A stretch of DNA of 64,000 nt, from contig NC_087436.1 of the NCBI RefSeq assembly GCF_036321535.1, positions 10,416,001-10,480,000 on the forward strand, in the 5' to 3' direction. The translations under genes and the position numbers were made by a program. The notes under the pieces are model-generated. The model ran no database searches and was not told the origin of the DNA. It saw only the letters and a list, made by a program, of their open reading frames with translations. The stretch comes from Camelus dromedarius. Lineage: Eukaryota. This document shows, in pieces, positions 13,166-26,720 of this stretch. How positions within the stretch are numbered: the stretch's first letter is position 1; each line of letters opens with the position of its first letter.

Positions 13166-15351
13166 TAAAATTGTTAAATGCAATAGTTTAATACTTTTCT
13201 AACAGGATTTTCCAAACTTTTGCTTCTGAATTCCAGAACTGACTCTGACGTGATTAGTCAGAGTCTCTGGGAAATCAGAGTAAAACTTGGCCTCTTCCTG
13301 AGATTCTCTCCCCTGAGCCCCACACATATTTCCTGCACTGATGGTTTCCTGTCTTGCTATTTTGTGACACAGGATTTTGAGAAAGAGAAAGAAAAAAAAT
13401 TACTTATAGGCAGATACTGAGAAACATTTCCAACCAGGTGATGTAATTGCAACAAAACCCACAGCTAACCAAAACCCAGTAATAACTCTTGCTCCCATAA
13501 AATAAAGCATCCATTTCACTGATCGTGTACTGCCTGGGCAGTCCCTTCTCCACGGTTACCTAACTACCTGGCTTCTCAAGATAAGCATTTCTGATTCAAG
13601 TACCTAATCGACAGTTCTGCCCCAGCTTGATTGACCTAGTTTAGCAGGAGTTCTGCAGCCTGAATTTGAAATGCTACAGCTGAAAGGAAATTTCAACTAG
13701 GAGTATCAGTTAGCACATCTTTTCCACGAGTGGTTTGGAAATTAAGCATTGTTCAACAGAAGTGTTTTTCAGAGTCAGAGAGAGCACGGATACCACTTGG
13801 AGGCGGTCTAGAAAATGGGAAATGGGGACGTGATGGGAAACGGGGAAGTGAGGGGAAGGCACGTGGAAATGTGATCACATCCACGCTGGTATTTAAGGAG
13901 AAAATGAGGTTGGGTGGAAGCCAGATTAGACCACCTCACCCATTTCACACAGAGATGGGACCTCAAAGCTCAGCGTGATTGCCGCCACCTCATCCCAGAC
14001 ACACCGAGTCCTGTCCCCTCCCTCCGCCTGCCCTCTTCCCCTTGCATCTCTACACTAAGTCCCAGCTTTCATTCTGCCTTCCCTCCCTGACTTTAATCCT
14101 ACACATGATAATTAACACACGGTTTAAAATTTAAAATTTAAAAGTGCTTCCTTACCGTCAAGCCAATTCATACATATTCTCTGGGAAACTTGCAAAGTGG
14201 TTTACTAACGGTACCAAGAAAAACTTCTTACCAGCGTTTATCTTTCTAAACTAATAGGTTCAAGAAAAACCCAGCTGGGGCCTCAACGTCTAATCCACTC
14301 TGCCATGATATTTGCATTTTATAATGACATCTGTAATATTTCACGCTTTCTCTGTTTATTTCAAAAGAGCACTTTGGTCATAACTACGAGCTCTGCCCAT
14401 CTCTTTGGTAAGAGAAAATTTCCCCAAGAACCGAAAATGTTAAATTGCTATTTGGTCCACTTTCTGTTATCATAAAGTCCTCCATGATTTCAGAATAAGT
14501 CAGAGGAAGAGATCACAATTCATATCGAAAGCCAGGACTACATGAACCTTGTATTATTATGAGGGTATTATTATGTGCAAAAGATATATGTATTTTTTTT
14601 TCTTTTCTTTTGCTTCCATTACTTTTGTAGACATGTATATATATATATGTCTTATACATATAAGTCATAAAAAAATCAAACACACATATGACACACGTGG
14701 TAAGTTTTTGGTCAAAATAAAAAGATTTTTAAATAAAAATATAATTTAACAATGTTAAGGACTGACTTGTATAAATAATGACCGATTTTCACTGAGTTCA
14801 GTAACTTCTATGAAACTCCACTTTCTTTCTTCCCTGTCTTTGGTAAGGTTTCTTGTAAATGGTGCCAGTTATGAAGCTGGAAGTAAAAATCGTCAGATTG
14901 GGAGATGCTTTCAGTCTGAACACCTGGCCGCCAACAACCGAACCCTTTACATCAGCCACGAGGGCTGCCCTCCCAAGGGATGTGGGGTTGTACAAAGTGA
15001 AGGAAAAGAGGAGACTGATGGGGAGTGTCAGTGTGTAGGTCCGAGGACACCCCAACTCTGGGCTGGCTGAAGACCTCTAGCAATGTGAGGCCCAGAACGA
15101 CACTGGTGCTTTCTACTGCCTGTAATTCAATAGTATTTTTTTAAGTATAAATGAAGTATTAATTTTTTAAAGTATTAAGTATCAATACTTAATTAAGTAT
15201 GTAAGTGTTATCATATCAACTTACGATAAATAAATTTAAGAATGCCCAACAATATTTTGAACATGATTTTTGTTTTGTTTTGTTTTTTTGCTTTCTATGT
15301 TCTTTTACAAAGTAGTAAATACAAACTTCTTTCCAAAAATAATCAGGCTCT

Positions 15352-15660
15352 GTGTAAAAAGTTATACCAGTTGAGTAAGTGCCAGAGACCTGCTAGCAAA
15401 CCTAATGCTTATAGTTAACAATGAGCTTAAAAATGTGTTAAAAGGATAGATCTCACATTAAGTGTTCTGAGCATTAAAAAAAAAAAAACCACCCAGAGGA
15501 ACATGGAAACTTTTACAGGTAATGAATACGTTTATCGCCTTGATCATGGTAAGGATAACACAAGTGTGTACACATGTCCAAACTCACCAAATTATATATA
15601 TTAAAACCATGGGCTGTTTTTTGTATACCAATTATATCTCAATACATCTTGAAAAAAAAA
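15352..15660 (+). mobile_element. L1MA/MB-type 3' end with poly(A) and TSD
   Basis: gatagatctcacattaagtgttct..ccttgatcatggt..aaactcaccaaatt..caattatatctcaata plus an A-tail. Flanked by aaaaataatcaggctct and aaaaaaaatcaggttct. Confidence 0.85.
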
Positions 15661-16734
15661 TCAGGTTCTACTGCTTCCCTGGGGCCCGAGCATGAAGTCA
15701 GTGGGGAAATTCACTCCTGCCTCCGTGACCCACACTTTCCCACGTTTCCCGTGTCCGGGTGGTCTCTGAAATGCTTCAGCACGGTATTCAAACGACAGTA
15801 ATTTCTATGATGGTATGAATGTTTTTTTTCTAGATTAAAATTAAAAATTTGAAGTTCTCATTCTTAAAAAATAATTCATTCACAGACCAAAGGACTTTCT
15901 GAATTTAAAACGAAAAATGACTAAGCAGATTTTGATTGTTTTACTGTTTTCATAAATCTGAAATTTAGAATTTTTTTTAAAGAAATGTCTTGAACACTTA
16001 CCATGATTTAAGTAGGATATAAATATGACCTATTGACAATTATAACTTTCACCCATGGTTAAGAAGCCACTTTGAAGCTATCTTCCTCCACTCCCCTTCC
16101 TAAAAACACCCACAAAACCACCGAATTTGCTTGAGTAAGTCTTTAAGCAACAGTGACTCAGGCACCACTGTCAATGACAGGGAGTGGAAGGAAGGGTACG
16201 AAGTATCGCTGTTTTTGTGCTTTTTCGGTTACATCTAGGTGAGCTCAAAGAAGTTTCCTTGCGCTCAAGGGCCATTTTATTGAAGACCTGTCATTCTGCC
16301 TGTTTTTCTTCTCCAGGGTTTTTCATCCAGTCAAATCTGGAGCTGATCCTTTCTTGACTTTTTCAAACTCTCAGAATGTGCTTGGTCTCATTTTCAAACT
16401 GTGCTTATTTGCCAAATTATATTATATCTGCATCAGACAGGCCCAAGATTTAAGATTTTCAATCCACTAAACAGGCTATTTTGGAGAGTCCCAAATTGTC
16501 AAAAAAAAAAAAAAAGTTCCTAAATATTTTCACGCTTCAGAAAATCAAAATGGAGAGGGAGTGGGTAAAGAGCAGAATCAAATTTCTGATGCCTTGGTTG
16601 CAAGACTTGATGCGAGGAGAAAACAGATTCAATTACAGATGAAGGCCAAACCTAGAAAACGTATTACAAAGGACCTGACAATCTGAGGCCTTGGGAGAGT
16701 TCTAATGTGATGCCCATGATTCTTACTGATTCAG

Positions 16735-16870
16735 CACTTAACAACCGACCACGCACTGTGCTCCCGTGGCACCGGCCGTGTAATCGCCACAATGGCTTAG
16801 TGACTCAGCTGTGGTTGGCACCCTCATCACAGACGAGGAAGCTGGGGCTTCAAGATGTTGGACATAGGTC
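16735..16870 (-). mobile_element. MIR SINE fragment
   Basis: Decayed MIR core ccctcatcacagacgaggaagctggggctt. Confidence 0.55.
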
Positions 16871-17889
16871 CACGGTGTCTGATTAAAACCTTTCCGAACT
16901 GAGCTTTGAAATTCAGAATTTTTATTATTTATGATTGTTTTGAGAAGGTCACATGGTACATGAACCATGGACTGTATAACATCACAATAGAATACAGGGT
17001 GAGACCAGAAAACGTAGACTCTTCCCACTAAATGAGGTAAATAAAGATTATAAATAGCTCATGTCAGCTCAGGAGGGGTGGTGTTGTAATCAGAGCTATA
17101 AAAAACCATTGGGATTTCAGAGCTCTGTGGATTTGGGAATGTGGACTCATCACATGCTGGAAGTTATCGGACTGGTCATTGATAGATTTGGGTCTTAATC
17201 ACTGTCAGGCTGACTTCTAGCCCAAGTGCTTGCTACTGCATCACTTTTAGTGGAATTTAGAGAAGAGGCATCCAAGGACCAGAGTGGTTAAGCAACCCTC
17301 ACAGCTCCCATTATAGCAGTCGTCGGTGAAGGAGCTGCGATTCAAACCATGTATGTCTGACACGAAAACATGGACTCCTAGCTCAGGTGTTTTGCATGTT
17401 AGTTGGTATCTTGCTTCAATTCTGCTAAAGTCCTTTATCATCATGGCTGATCATCTCTAAATAAGCATTATTATTCATGAGACTATCCCACTCACAGACT
17501 TCTTAAGGACAACGCACAGATGCATTACTGTTAACCCAACCAGAACACTGTACTACAATATTATGTAGATATGACTTCCACAAAGCTTCTGTAGTCAACT
17601 AAGCTTTATAAAGAGATTAAGGAACAAAAACTGAAATTGTATCTGCTCGTATTTTAACATATAAATTACTTTCACTCATTTAATTTTGTTATATACAAGA
17701 CTCTGATTACTTTATTATGCAGTTTCATTCTAAAATAAACCTATAAAATGACTAGATTAATTGCAAATATCACACATTCTAGAAGCCAATAAGTAATACA
17801 TCTAAAAAAGCATTTTAACATGACTAGAAAATTGTTTACCATAACCACGTTACTTTTTTGGGGGGGAACTTTGCAGTACCGTATAATGG

Positions 17890-18060
17890 AAATTGAGATG
17901 GACTGAAAGTCAGAAAATGTATTATTTCTGGTTTAAAAGCTTATTTGTCACGTGACTTTAGGCAAATCATGTATTTTCTTTCTATTTTAGTTTTCTGGTC
18001 TGTGCAAAAACTACCAACAAACACTACAGGATTGTGAGATGCTGGACTTACATAAACAAG
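17890..18060 (+). mobile_element. MIR SINE fragment
   Basis: tggactgaaagtcagaa..gtgactttaggcaaatca..agttttctggtctgt..caggattgtgag. Confidence 0.55.
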
Positions 18061-18679
18061 TTAAAATAATTTTAAAATTTGATAGTATCACAAAACGTCA
18101 GTATCTTTTTGTTTAGAATTTCATTATTTATTATAAAGAATGCATTTGTATAAGTTTGAAAATTTGATGATTCTTTTCTACTGGGTTTGAAATTACGTGT
18201 AGTTGTGCTATAAAATGGTCAGCATCATTTCTGAAAAGTTAAGACAGAATGAGCAGGTCACAGTCGTTAACCAGATATACTCACGACCCAAGAATTTTCT
18301 TGTTATGTTTGGCTTGTTTGTCCAGAACACAGAGTAGTAAGGGTAACATTATTATAATGTTCAAGTTGGCATTCTACCTTAAATCTCACATGAACACATT
18401 TTAAACAAGAAAAAGAAAAAGCTTGAATTATTTTATTCTTATCGTAACATGTCCTCACAAGTTTTCCATTTAAGCAAAGAGTTTTAGAACTCCCAAAGAT
18501 CCTAGTGGCAAGGTACATATGTATCCATAAAATGGTCTGAGTTTTTATTCCTTTAATACCAGAGTAACCACACTGCAGTTTTGAAGGAAACTTCCTTTGT
18601 GACAGATCTAGAAAACTGTGCTATATTTCCTTCTTGATAAAGAAAGGAAGAAATTGAACAGGACATCGATTACGGGGAA

Positions 18680-18850
18680 TGCCTGGTACTGGCTGCATTA
18701 TTCGCACGATTGCATGAAATCGTCACAGCACACCTTGATCAGTACTATTAGTCCCACTGTACAGAGGCTCAGGGACATGAAATACCTCCACGATGACCCC
18801 ATGGCCGTCCGATGAAGACCCAACACCAGACTCAAGACCCACTTTCTTTG
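18680..18850 (-). mobile_element. MIR SINE fragment
   Basis: tgcctggtact..agtactattagtcccactgtacagaggctcaggga. Confidence 0.5.
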
Positions 18851-19744
18851 CGGTGCGCCACCGTCTACCTTTCTGTGCTTTTATTACTCTGCACAGTAAG
18901 ACTTTTCTCCAAAGATGCCAAAAGATTTACGGCTATCACAGTCTTCTAAGAATCTTCACAATTTTAATGCCTGATCTATGCAGGCTGTGTACAATACGGG
19001 AACATCACATAAAGAGACCTTCCAGAAAAGTACTAGCTCTTAACAACGAATGCAGAAATGTGGGGAAATGAGCCAACCAAAAGAAGATTAAAATAGCAAA
19101 CATCTTTCTTCAGTCCTCTTAACTCCTTTCACTTTCCCTTTCTATGGCTGGAAAAAAGTAAATACAATCTCCAGGTAATACGTTCCAGGGAAATGCACAA
19201 GTACGTATTTACCAAAGGAGTAAACGGCATCTCTAGGGGTTGCCAGAAATTACTTATTTCACAGCAACCACACTGCTCTCGGAGTTGCCTCATTTCTCCT
19301 AAATGAACAATAAAATGGTGCTTCTACAAAGAATGTCGAGAGCTCCAGCAGTAATGCAGTAAAACGAAGGGGATGTCAGTGGGACCAGATGTGTGTAATT
19401 ACACGTAAACTGCTGCAAAGGCGCTGGAAACCGGCTGAGAAAAGGGAATAAAACCCAAGGCTGATCAATAAGCAGGAGATCACGTCTGAGACAGCTCTCC
19501 GCACTTGTCAGCAGAAAATTGCCGTGAATTACACTGATCTTCAATAAAAGCATACCGGCCATGTCAGATGAATGAAAATACATTTTAGTGTGATTAAAAA
19601 AAAAAATCTTGTGCTTCAATGAAAACTCTTTATCTTCAGACATTTCCCCCTTTTTGACTGGATGTCCTTAATGATACTATTAATAATCATTTCTTATTAG
19701 TTAATACGATTCTATAATTAATGATAATATATTTTTACAAATAA

Positions 19745-20160
19745 ATATTTATTGGATACTTAATGATGTGTCAGGCTGTGTTCAAAGAAGCAAAGGTTTA
19801 TTCAATTCTGACGACAGCCCTTTGGGATAAGTGGTGTTACTGTCTCCATTTACAGATGAGGACACTGTGGGTAAGTGACTTGCCCCAAATCACACAGCGA
19901 GGAAGTAGCAGAGTTGGGGTCTGAAGCCAGTGGTCTGGCACGGCCTCCATGAGAAGCCCGGAGTGGGTCCTGTGCCCCAGGCACTGGTCACACCCTGTCC
20001 TCATCACCTCACTTAACCTGCCCAGCAAGCTCCCAGTAGCTGTGACGATCGATCTGCATTTTACAAATGAGGAAACTGAAGTTCAGACGACTTAACTAAC
20101 CTAGTCAAAACCCATCGCTACCAAGTGGTGAAAACAGACTATGACAATTCTTCTTGACTC
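19745..20160 (-). mobile_element. Two adjacent MIR SINEs
   Basis: ctccatttacagatgaggacactgtgggtaagtgacttgccccaaatcacacagc and cattttacaaatgaggaaactgaagttcaga. Confidence 0.8.
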
Positions 20161-20166
20161 CTCAAA

Positions 20167-20304
20167 TTTTTTTTTTCTTGTTGTTGGGGTAGGTAGTTAG
20201 GTTTACTTATTTATTTATTTATTTTTAATGGAGGTACCGTGGATTGAACCCACGACTTTGTGCATGCTAAGCATATACTCTACCACTGAACTTTACCGTC
20301 ATCC
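20167..20304 (-). mobile_element. Vic-1-type SINE
   Basis: Poly-T, then aatggaggtaccgtggattgaacccacgac..tgcatgctaagc..ctctaccactga. Confidence 0.9.
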
Positions 20305-20306
20305 TC

Positions 20307-20440
20307 TTTTTTTCCCTTTCTTTTCTTTCTTTCTGTCTTTTTTTTTTTTTTTTTTTTTTAAGTGGCGGGAAGCACTGGGCATTGAACCCAGGACCTTGTG
20401 CATGCTAAGCTGGTGCTCTACCACTGAGCTCTACCCTCCG
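20307..20440 (-). mobile_element. Vic-1-type SINE, in tandem with the previous copy
   Basis: Long poly-T, then gcactgggcattgaacccaggaccttgtgcatgctaagc..ctctaccactgagct. Confidence 0.9.
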
Positions 20441-21236
20441 CCACCCCCAAACCTCTTCACTGTCTTCTCTTCCATGCTTCGGCTTTTCCCCATTACTTTC
20501 TCAGCAATCTTACATTAGTTGCATTATGGATGGTAGAATGCTTTGGAAATAGTCATAAGATGAAAGATAATGCCTCCTAGTCCCCAATGTCTTTAACGAT
20601 TACAACTCACTCAAAATGACAAGAAAACCACGTGTCCCCCAGGTATCCCATTGTTCCCTGTGTAACCCTTCAGCTCTGGCTCCCTCCTGTTTCATCTGTC
20701 TTACACGTTTCAGAACCACATCATCTTTCCCTGGCGTAAAAGTGGGCTCCCATGGCTAGATCTCTTTGCTCTTTAAAAGGAGCCAGTTTCATACAATTGT
20801 AAGCCGTGTTTCCTGCCTGCTGCACACAAGAATACGTCTAAGTCCAACAGGACGGCACCCAAGTAGAGTGTATACTCAGGTGAATTAACAAGACAGTTTA
20901 CATATCCATCAGGATTGGGCGCCATTTCTGTCAAGAATTTATACACTTTTTGAAACCACTTGGAAGGTACCTACAATGAAATTATTACACACGTCTTTTA
21001 GTTTGTCCTAGATTGCTTCACTTACTCATTTCATTATTATGTTTTAACTTGCTTCCTTGTTAAGGGATAAATAAAAGATTCTCCCTCTTGTTGATCCTAT
21101 GAGATTTTGCACAATATCCTTTTGCCCATGTTTCATGAATCCTAGCAGATGTAAGGGATGCATGTTTGTAATATTTATTTTTAAATCAGGGTGAATTAAT
21201 TTTTACTTTTGGCTAGGAAATTCTTTGCTGATGTCT

Positions 21237-21364
21237 TTTTTTGGGGGGAGGGGATAATTCAGTTTATTTATTTATTATTATTTTTAAAGGGAGGCACTGG
21301 GGATTGAACCCAGGAACTCGTGCATGTTAAACATTGCACTCTACCACTGAGCTATACTCTCCCT
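21237..21364 (-). mobile_element. Vic-1-type SINE
   Basis: ttggggggagggg..gaggcactggggattgaacccagga..ctctaccactgagctatactctcccc. Confidence 0.9.
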
Positions 21365-21499
21365 GCTTTTCTGATGTCTCTTGATAAAACTGGAACATTT
21401 CAAATCAAGTACCTCATTCCCATATTGTTCTGGCTTTCATTGTCCCCAACTCAGCCTTTAATCCCTCCTGAATCCCCCCATATCACCCCCTTGGAAATG

Positions 21500-23875
21500 T
21501 CACTCCAAAACCTGCAAAGTCCCCCATGTCCTCTCCACATCTGAACTGAATTCTGGTTTGCCTCTGAAGACACCAGTTTTTCAGTGTTGGCTGCTTTCTC
21601 ACCATCCCATGAACTTCACGGTCAAGAAGAGAAGTTGACATTCTTCTTCCTCTTGCTTAGAGCTCCCAGACAGCTGCTTCTCTTTTTGAAGCTCATGCCA
21701 TCACGCTCATCACCTTCTCGCTGTTGTGGTCTGCAGGCATCCTGCTCACATTTCCTTTTTCATTGAAGACTCTGGCACCAGGCTCAGAGTCTTCTTTCCT
21801 GGCCCAGAGTCTGCTAGTTATCTGTCTGATGACAAGGTTCACCCCAATGATCCACCATCACAGTGGGCTCCTTGTCCCCAATGCTCTCCTCTAACTTTGC
21901 ACTCCAGCCATCACCCTGAGTTGCAGCTGGGACTAGCGATCACCTCTAATGAACGCACTTTCAAATCCACCTTTATGATTCAACCGTACCCAGTACAATC
22001 ATTTAAAACTTTTTTGCTTTCTTTTTTACTTTTAGTGTTGTTTTTTGTTTGTTTGTTTGTCTGTTTGTTTTAATGGAGGTACTGAGGATTGAACCCAGGA
22101 CCTCATGCATGCCAAGCACGTGCTCTACCCCTGAGCTACATCCAGACCCTCACCACTACAATCATTTTTAAACCACTCTTATACATCTCAGTCCTTTATC
22201 CTCTTTGCATCCTTTACTTCTCTCATTATCCAGTTGATAATCTGTAGTTTATATTTTAATAATACACTTTCTGGTACCGCAGCTTCTCTATTTTTGTTTT
22301 TTCATCACACGTGGATGAGAGAACCACTAGCCACAATGAAACCCCTGCACATCTGAGTTCTCGATGGCTTCCCCCGAGCAGCTGAGTGCTGCTTGAGAGT
22401 TTCACAACAGATCACATTCAATCCACCATCGATTAGTCACCAAACTCAAACGGCTGGAAAGACCTCCTGTCGGCCTCATTATTGCTCTAAAATCCTCCTG
22501 CCCAACTCACCACAACCATCTCAAAATGTTTTGAGTCCCAATTCAACCTCCGATAACTTTCTACCTCTCCGAATCATCACAAGTCTGTGCAACCAAAAAA
22601 AGAAAATGTATCTAAACAGAAAATTAAAAAAAAAAAAAAGGAAGCTTGACTCCTTGTTGTCCTAGTGAATGCCCTCTCTCCTTCACAGCCAAGTTTCCCA
22701 AAGGGTTATCTGTATCCGCTGCCTCTGTGTTCTCACCCCCACTTACTCCCCAGGCTACGCCAAACAGCACTTGGTAAGGTCAATGCTGGCATTTGCGTCC
22801 TCGGAGGCAGTGGACACTTTTTACTTTCCTAATCTGCCTTCACGGCAGCGATCTATAATCTGACCCCAGTTGTCCTTTTGAAGCTCTCCCTTTCACAAGC
22901 CTCCATGTCACAGCCCCCTCCAGGCTGCTACACCTCTCCAGCTCTCTTCTCTGCCTCCTTTAAAGGCCACCCTTCTCCACCTGGCCATTAACATGAGAAC
23001 TTCCCAGCTCTATTTGGGGCCCTAGTTTTCTCTTTTTATCCTTTCTCCCTGGGAATGGCACTCATGCTCACAGATTCAGTGACACACAAATACATCTCTG
23101 TAAGACCAGTCTTTACTCTGCAAATAAGTGATTCGAAGTCAGCTGACATCCTACTTTGAATATGCAAACTCACAATACCTACTGCCAGTTTTACTACCTT
23201 CCTCAACCGTTTACCAAACCTGCATCTGTTCCAGTGTTCTTTACTGCTAATGACAGTAAACCAGTCACCAAATTATGCTGGCTGGAAACCTAAGATGCTT
23301 TTGCATCTCTCTTCATTTCACATTCAATCCCTCACCAAATCCTGTCGAGCTGACTTTACAAATTTCCTTCACATCCCCTTCTCTCTATCCCTAAATAGCA
23401 CCTCCCACGAATTCTAGTCCATGCTATCATCATCTCTTTCCTGGGTTACTGAAATCATCTCCCAAGCGTTCTGTCCATTTCTCTTCTTCTCCCACTTTAT
23501 TCTATTTATACCACAGGAGAAGCTTAAAATGAAGACAGAATATAACCATAGCATCTACGTACTTAACATTCTGTATTGCTTTTAATATAAAAAGGAAGCT
23601 CATCAACCCAGCCTGCTGGGTCCAGCATGGCCCTGCCCCTACCTCCAGCTTCCCCGTGGACCACTCCTGACAGCTCTTTCTGCTCCAGTCTCACTGGCCC
23701 TGCTGGTCTTCACATGCACCCCGAGTCTCTGTTATCAGTGGTGCTTGCATGCGGGTCCCTGACTCTGGGGAACACACTTCCCTCCCTTCTTGTTTAACTA
23801 ACTTTACTCCTTCAGCTCTTAACGCATGTTACTTCTTCAAGACAGTCTTGTTTTCTAATTATATGCACTTTTACC
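21500..23875 (+). mobile_element. Long decayed L2 LINE (interrupted by a SINE and an L1)
   Basis: C/T-rich L2 motifs: cctttttcattgaagactctggcacc; tttcacaagcctccatg; ctggaaacctaag; tcaccaaatcctgtcg; atcatcatctctttcctgggttactg. Confidence 0.7.
22010..22143 (-). mobile_element. Vic-1-type SINE with (TTTG)n tail
   Basis: taatggaggtactgaggattgaacccaggacctcatgcatgccaagcacgtgctctacccctgagcta. Confidence 0.9.
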
Positions 23876-23877
23876 TC

Positions 23878-24326
23878 TTTTTTTCCAAAATTGAAGTATA
23901 CTTGATTTACATGTTGTGTTAGTTTCAAGTATACAGCAAAGTGATTCAGTTATATATATATGTATATATATCAATTATTTTTCAGGTTCTTTTCCATTGT
24001 AGGTTATTACAAGATAATAAATACAGTTCCCTGTGCTATATAGTAGGTCCTTGTTGTTTATCTATTTTATATACAGTAGTGTGTATCTGTTGATCCCAAA
24101 CTCCCAGTTTATCCCTTCAGCTCTCTTTCCCCTTTGGTAACCCTACATTTGTCTTCTATGTCTACGAGTCTGTTTCTGTTTTGTAAATAAGTTCACTTGT
24201 GCCATTTTTTTAGATTCCAAATACAATGATATCATGTAATATTTGTTTTTCTCTGACTTATTTCACTTAAAACAACAATCTCTAGATCCATCCATGTTAC
24301 TGCAAATGGCATTATTTTATTCTTCT
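23878..24326 (-). mobile_element. L1 3' end inserted in L2
   Basis: attgaagtatacttgatttaca..aggttattacaagata..cagttccctgtgctata..atccatccatgttactgcaaatggcatt. Confidence 0.9.
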
Positions 24327-24329
24327 CAA

Positions 24330-24475
24330 TTACCACTCCTTTCTAGTATTTTACATTTTATGTGTGGGCTTGATTATTTAATTAATGACTATTTCTCTAG
24401 CTAGCCATGAGGTCAAGAACCAGGCCTGACCAACAGGGTTGGTAATAGTAGCATTCAATGAATATTTGTGGAATA
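24330..24475 (+). mobile_element. L2 3' terminus
   Basis: catgaggtcaagaacc..gtagcattcaatgaatatttgtggaata. Confidence 0.6.
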
Positions 24476-25429
24476 ATATTAAATATAAATAATTTTAATC
24501 ACTCAGGATGATAAATTTGTGGCAAATTAGATCACCAACACTCTGAGGCAGATCAAAAATACTGTGGGACAAAAATTTTAAAGTTCAAAGAAGCTAAACA
24601 ATAAATGAATCATGAAAATTTTGTTAGCAGGATTGAGAAATGGCTACCTTAATTAGTTTTTAGGTTCTCCCAAATTTGACATTCCTTTCCCAATTCAATT
24701 GAGGAATGACTGGTTCCACAAATCAAGGAAAAGCTGTCCTTTGTGAAACAAAAGACTATAAAGGTGGAAAATTGTGGCTTCAAAGTCTAAATCTCTCACT
24801 TATTGCCAAGGTCCTGGAAAAACTACCCAATTCCAATCCCATCTTGAGAAAGCATCATCCGTGGCTCTGGTGTCACAGAACAGAAGCCCCTTTCAGAACA
24901 AATTTCCCTCTATAACCTCATCTTCTCACTCATTCAGCCACTGGCAGCAGACATGCAAGGAAATCAGTAGACTTCTGAGATAATGCCATTAGATAAAATT
25001 AATAAAAGCACAACTTTACATGATTTTTTTTCTGCTCTGCAAAGACCTAATTACTTTTCATCTATCGTGTTTTTTTTTGTTTGTTTGTTTCTTAGCCATG
25101 TCTTCAATGTTCAGTTTCTTAGATACATATCATTTGCTGTTGGATTTCTAAGTTTGGAATCGAAAGGAGTATGTAACCATAGAGACAAAAGGCTTGCATT
25201 CCTTCTCGTGAACCTCCATGCGGTGCACAGACCACATGACTATTTTTCACAAAGGAGGCCACTCCTTCTTGCTGACTTCCATTCTGAAAGTCACCTGGTC
25301 TATAACTCTTTCTCCTTTCTGCAACAGGCATACACAACTGGGAAAATACAAGAGTAGGTATTAAAAGCACCACTGACATCTATTAATTTGCCAGTTATTT
25401 GAATGGTAAGGCAAACAAAGAAGAGGTAC

Positions 25430-25575
25430 TAGGTTTTAAACCAGTTATTTGAGGTCTGGAGGTCATAGATGTTATTGAGACTATGATGATTCCTTCCTCC
25501 AGAAAACTATACTGCACATGTAATTTTACATAAAACATCAGGAGATTTGTAGGGCCCTGAATTCCTGGATCTGAG
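25430..25575. mobile_element. hAT-Charlie fragment (Charlie4z-like)
   Basis: ggtcataga..ttgaga..tgatga..cctccagaaaa..tgcaca..aattttacata..atcaggag..gggccctgaa. Confidence 0.45.
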
Positions 25576-25710
25576 TGTAGAAACTGTGGACTCTAAGTCT
25601 TAACTACCTTTGGTCCTCTCCTCTTCTTCATCTGCTGTTGTATCAATGGTGCTACCAACACAAATAGTCTCCCTTTATTTTCTTTGGTCCTAGGCCACCC
25701 GTACCCATAT

Positions 25711-26353
25711 TGTTAGAGCAGGCAGACAGCTAGATATGAGCAGAGAAAGGGGGACACTGGCAAAATGGCAGGAATTGGGCAGAAAGGAGGGGAATGGGCC
25801 AAATGGCAGGAAACCCTACGTCATGTAAGCACCAGGGGTCCCTGGGCAGAAAAAGAAAGCAGGAACCTCCAGACTGATGAGAGATCACACATTTCGGGAT
25901 GACACGTGGCCTGGAGGCCCACAAAGAAAAGTGGTAAAGGCATGAATCTCCAGTGTCTGTGCGTAACCTTTTGCTCATTATGCCCTCATTACAATCAAAT
26001 GAGTCTTGCAGATTAGAAGTCCCCATCATGCACTGATGTCATGACACTTCCAATCCAGACTAAATAAGGACAAAAATCCCTTCTCTCTTCGAGAAGGTGG
26101 AGTTGGGATGAAAATAAGGAAATGTGACTCCAAACCCTTGCCTTCCAAATGAACAGTCTGCCCATTCATTTTTACACCCTATATAACCAACTTGCCAAAG
26201 AAACTCAGGGCAGCTGCTCACCTGAGCCTGCCCGCTCTCCCCTTGAGAGTGTACTATCCATCCCTTAATAAATCCTCACTTTGCTTTCTTAACCTCCATG
26301 TCTTGTCTCTGAATTCTTTCTGCAGTGTGACAAGAACCTAATCCCTGGCCACA
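25711..26353 (+). mobile_element. ERV1-class solo LTR (about 640 bp)
   Basis: TG...CA termini, TATA box tatataa 26180-26186, AATAAA 26267-26272, and a U5-type tgaattctttc..acaagaacc segment. No clean TSD. Confidence 0.85.
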
Positions 26354-26499
26354 GTGTCACTTACAAAAGTGATAGAATTTTAGACCAGCAAAATTCAGAG
26401 AAGTAAGAGAACAGATGAAGAATCTCCTTCACATAGCCACACTAACCCAGACCTCCAGAAGTGCTCTCATGTCAAGGTTGTGTCAGGAAAAAAACCCCA

Positions 26500-26720
26500 A
26501 AAACAATGATGATGCTGAGTGCATTGCCTGTTGCTTTGTGCACCTCACTGTCTCACAGCTACCCAGTAAGAAAAGCATCATTACCCTCCCGTTACAGATG
26601 AAGACACTGAATGTCAGAGAGTCTGAAACCAGTTGGTCCCTGGATGAGGAAGTTGGTAAATGGCAAAACCAGCATCTGCACACAAATCTAATCAATTCTA
26701 AACGCCTTACTCTGTCCACT
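26500..26720 (-). mobile_element. MIR SINE
   Basis: attaccctcccgttacagatgaagacactgaatgtcagaga. Confidence 0.65.

Noticed and set aside
14156..14245. Possible minus-strand exon ending at ACG|gtaagg
   Set aside because: The acceptor is weak, the longer version has stops in all frames, and there is no MARCHF1 similarity.
18285..18377. Possible minus-strand exon ending at GTC|gtgagt
   Set aside because: Poor polypyrimidine tract next to the AG and stops in all three frames.
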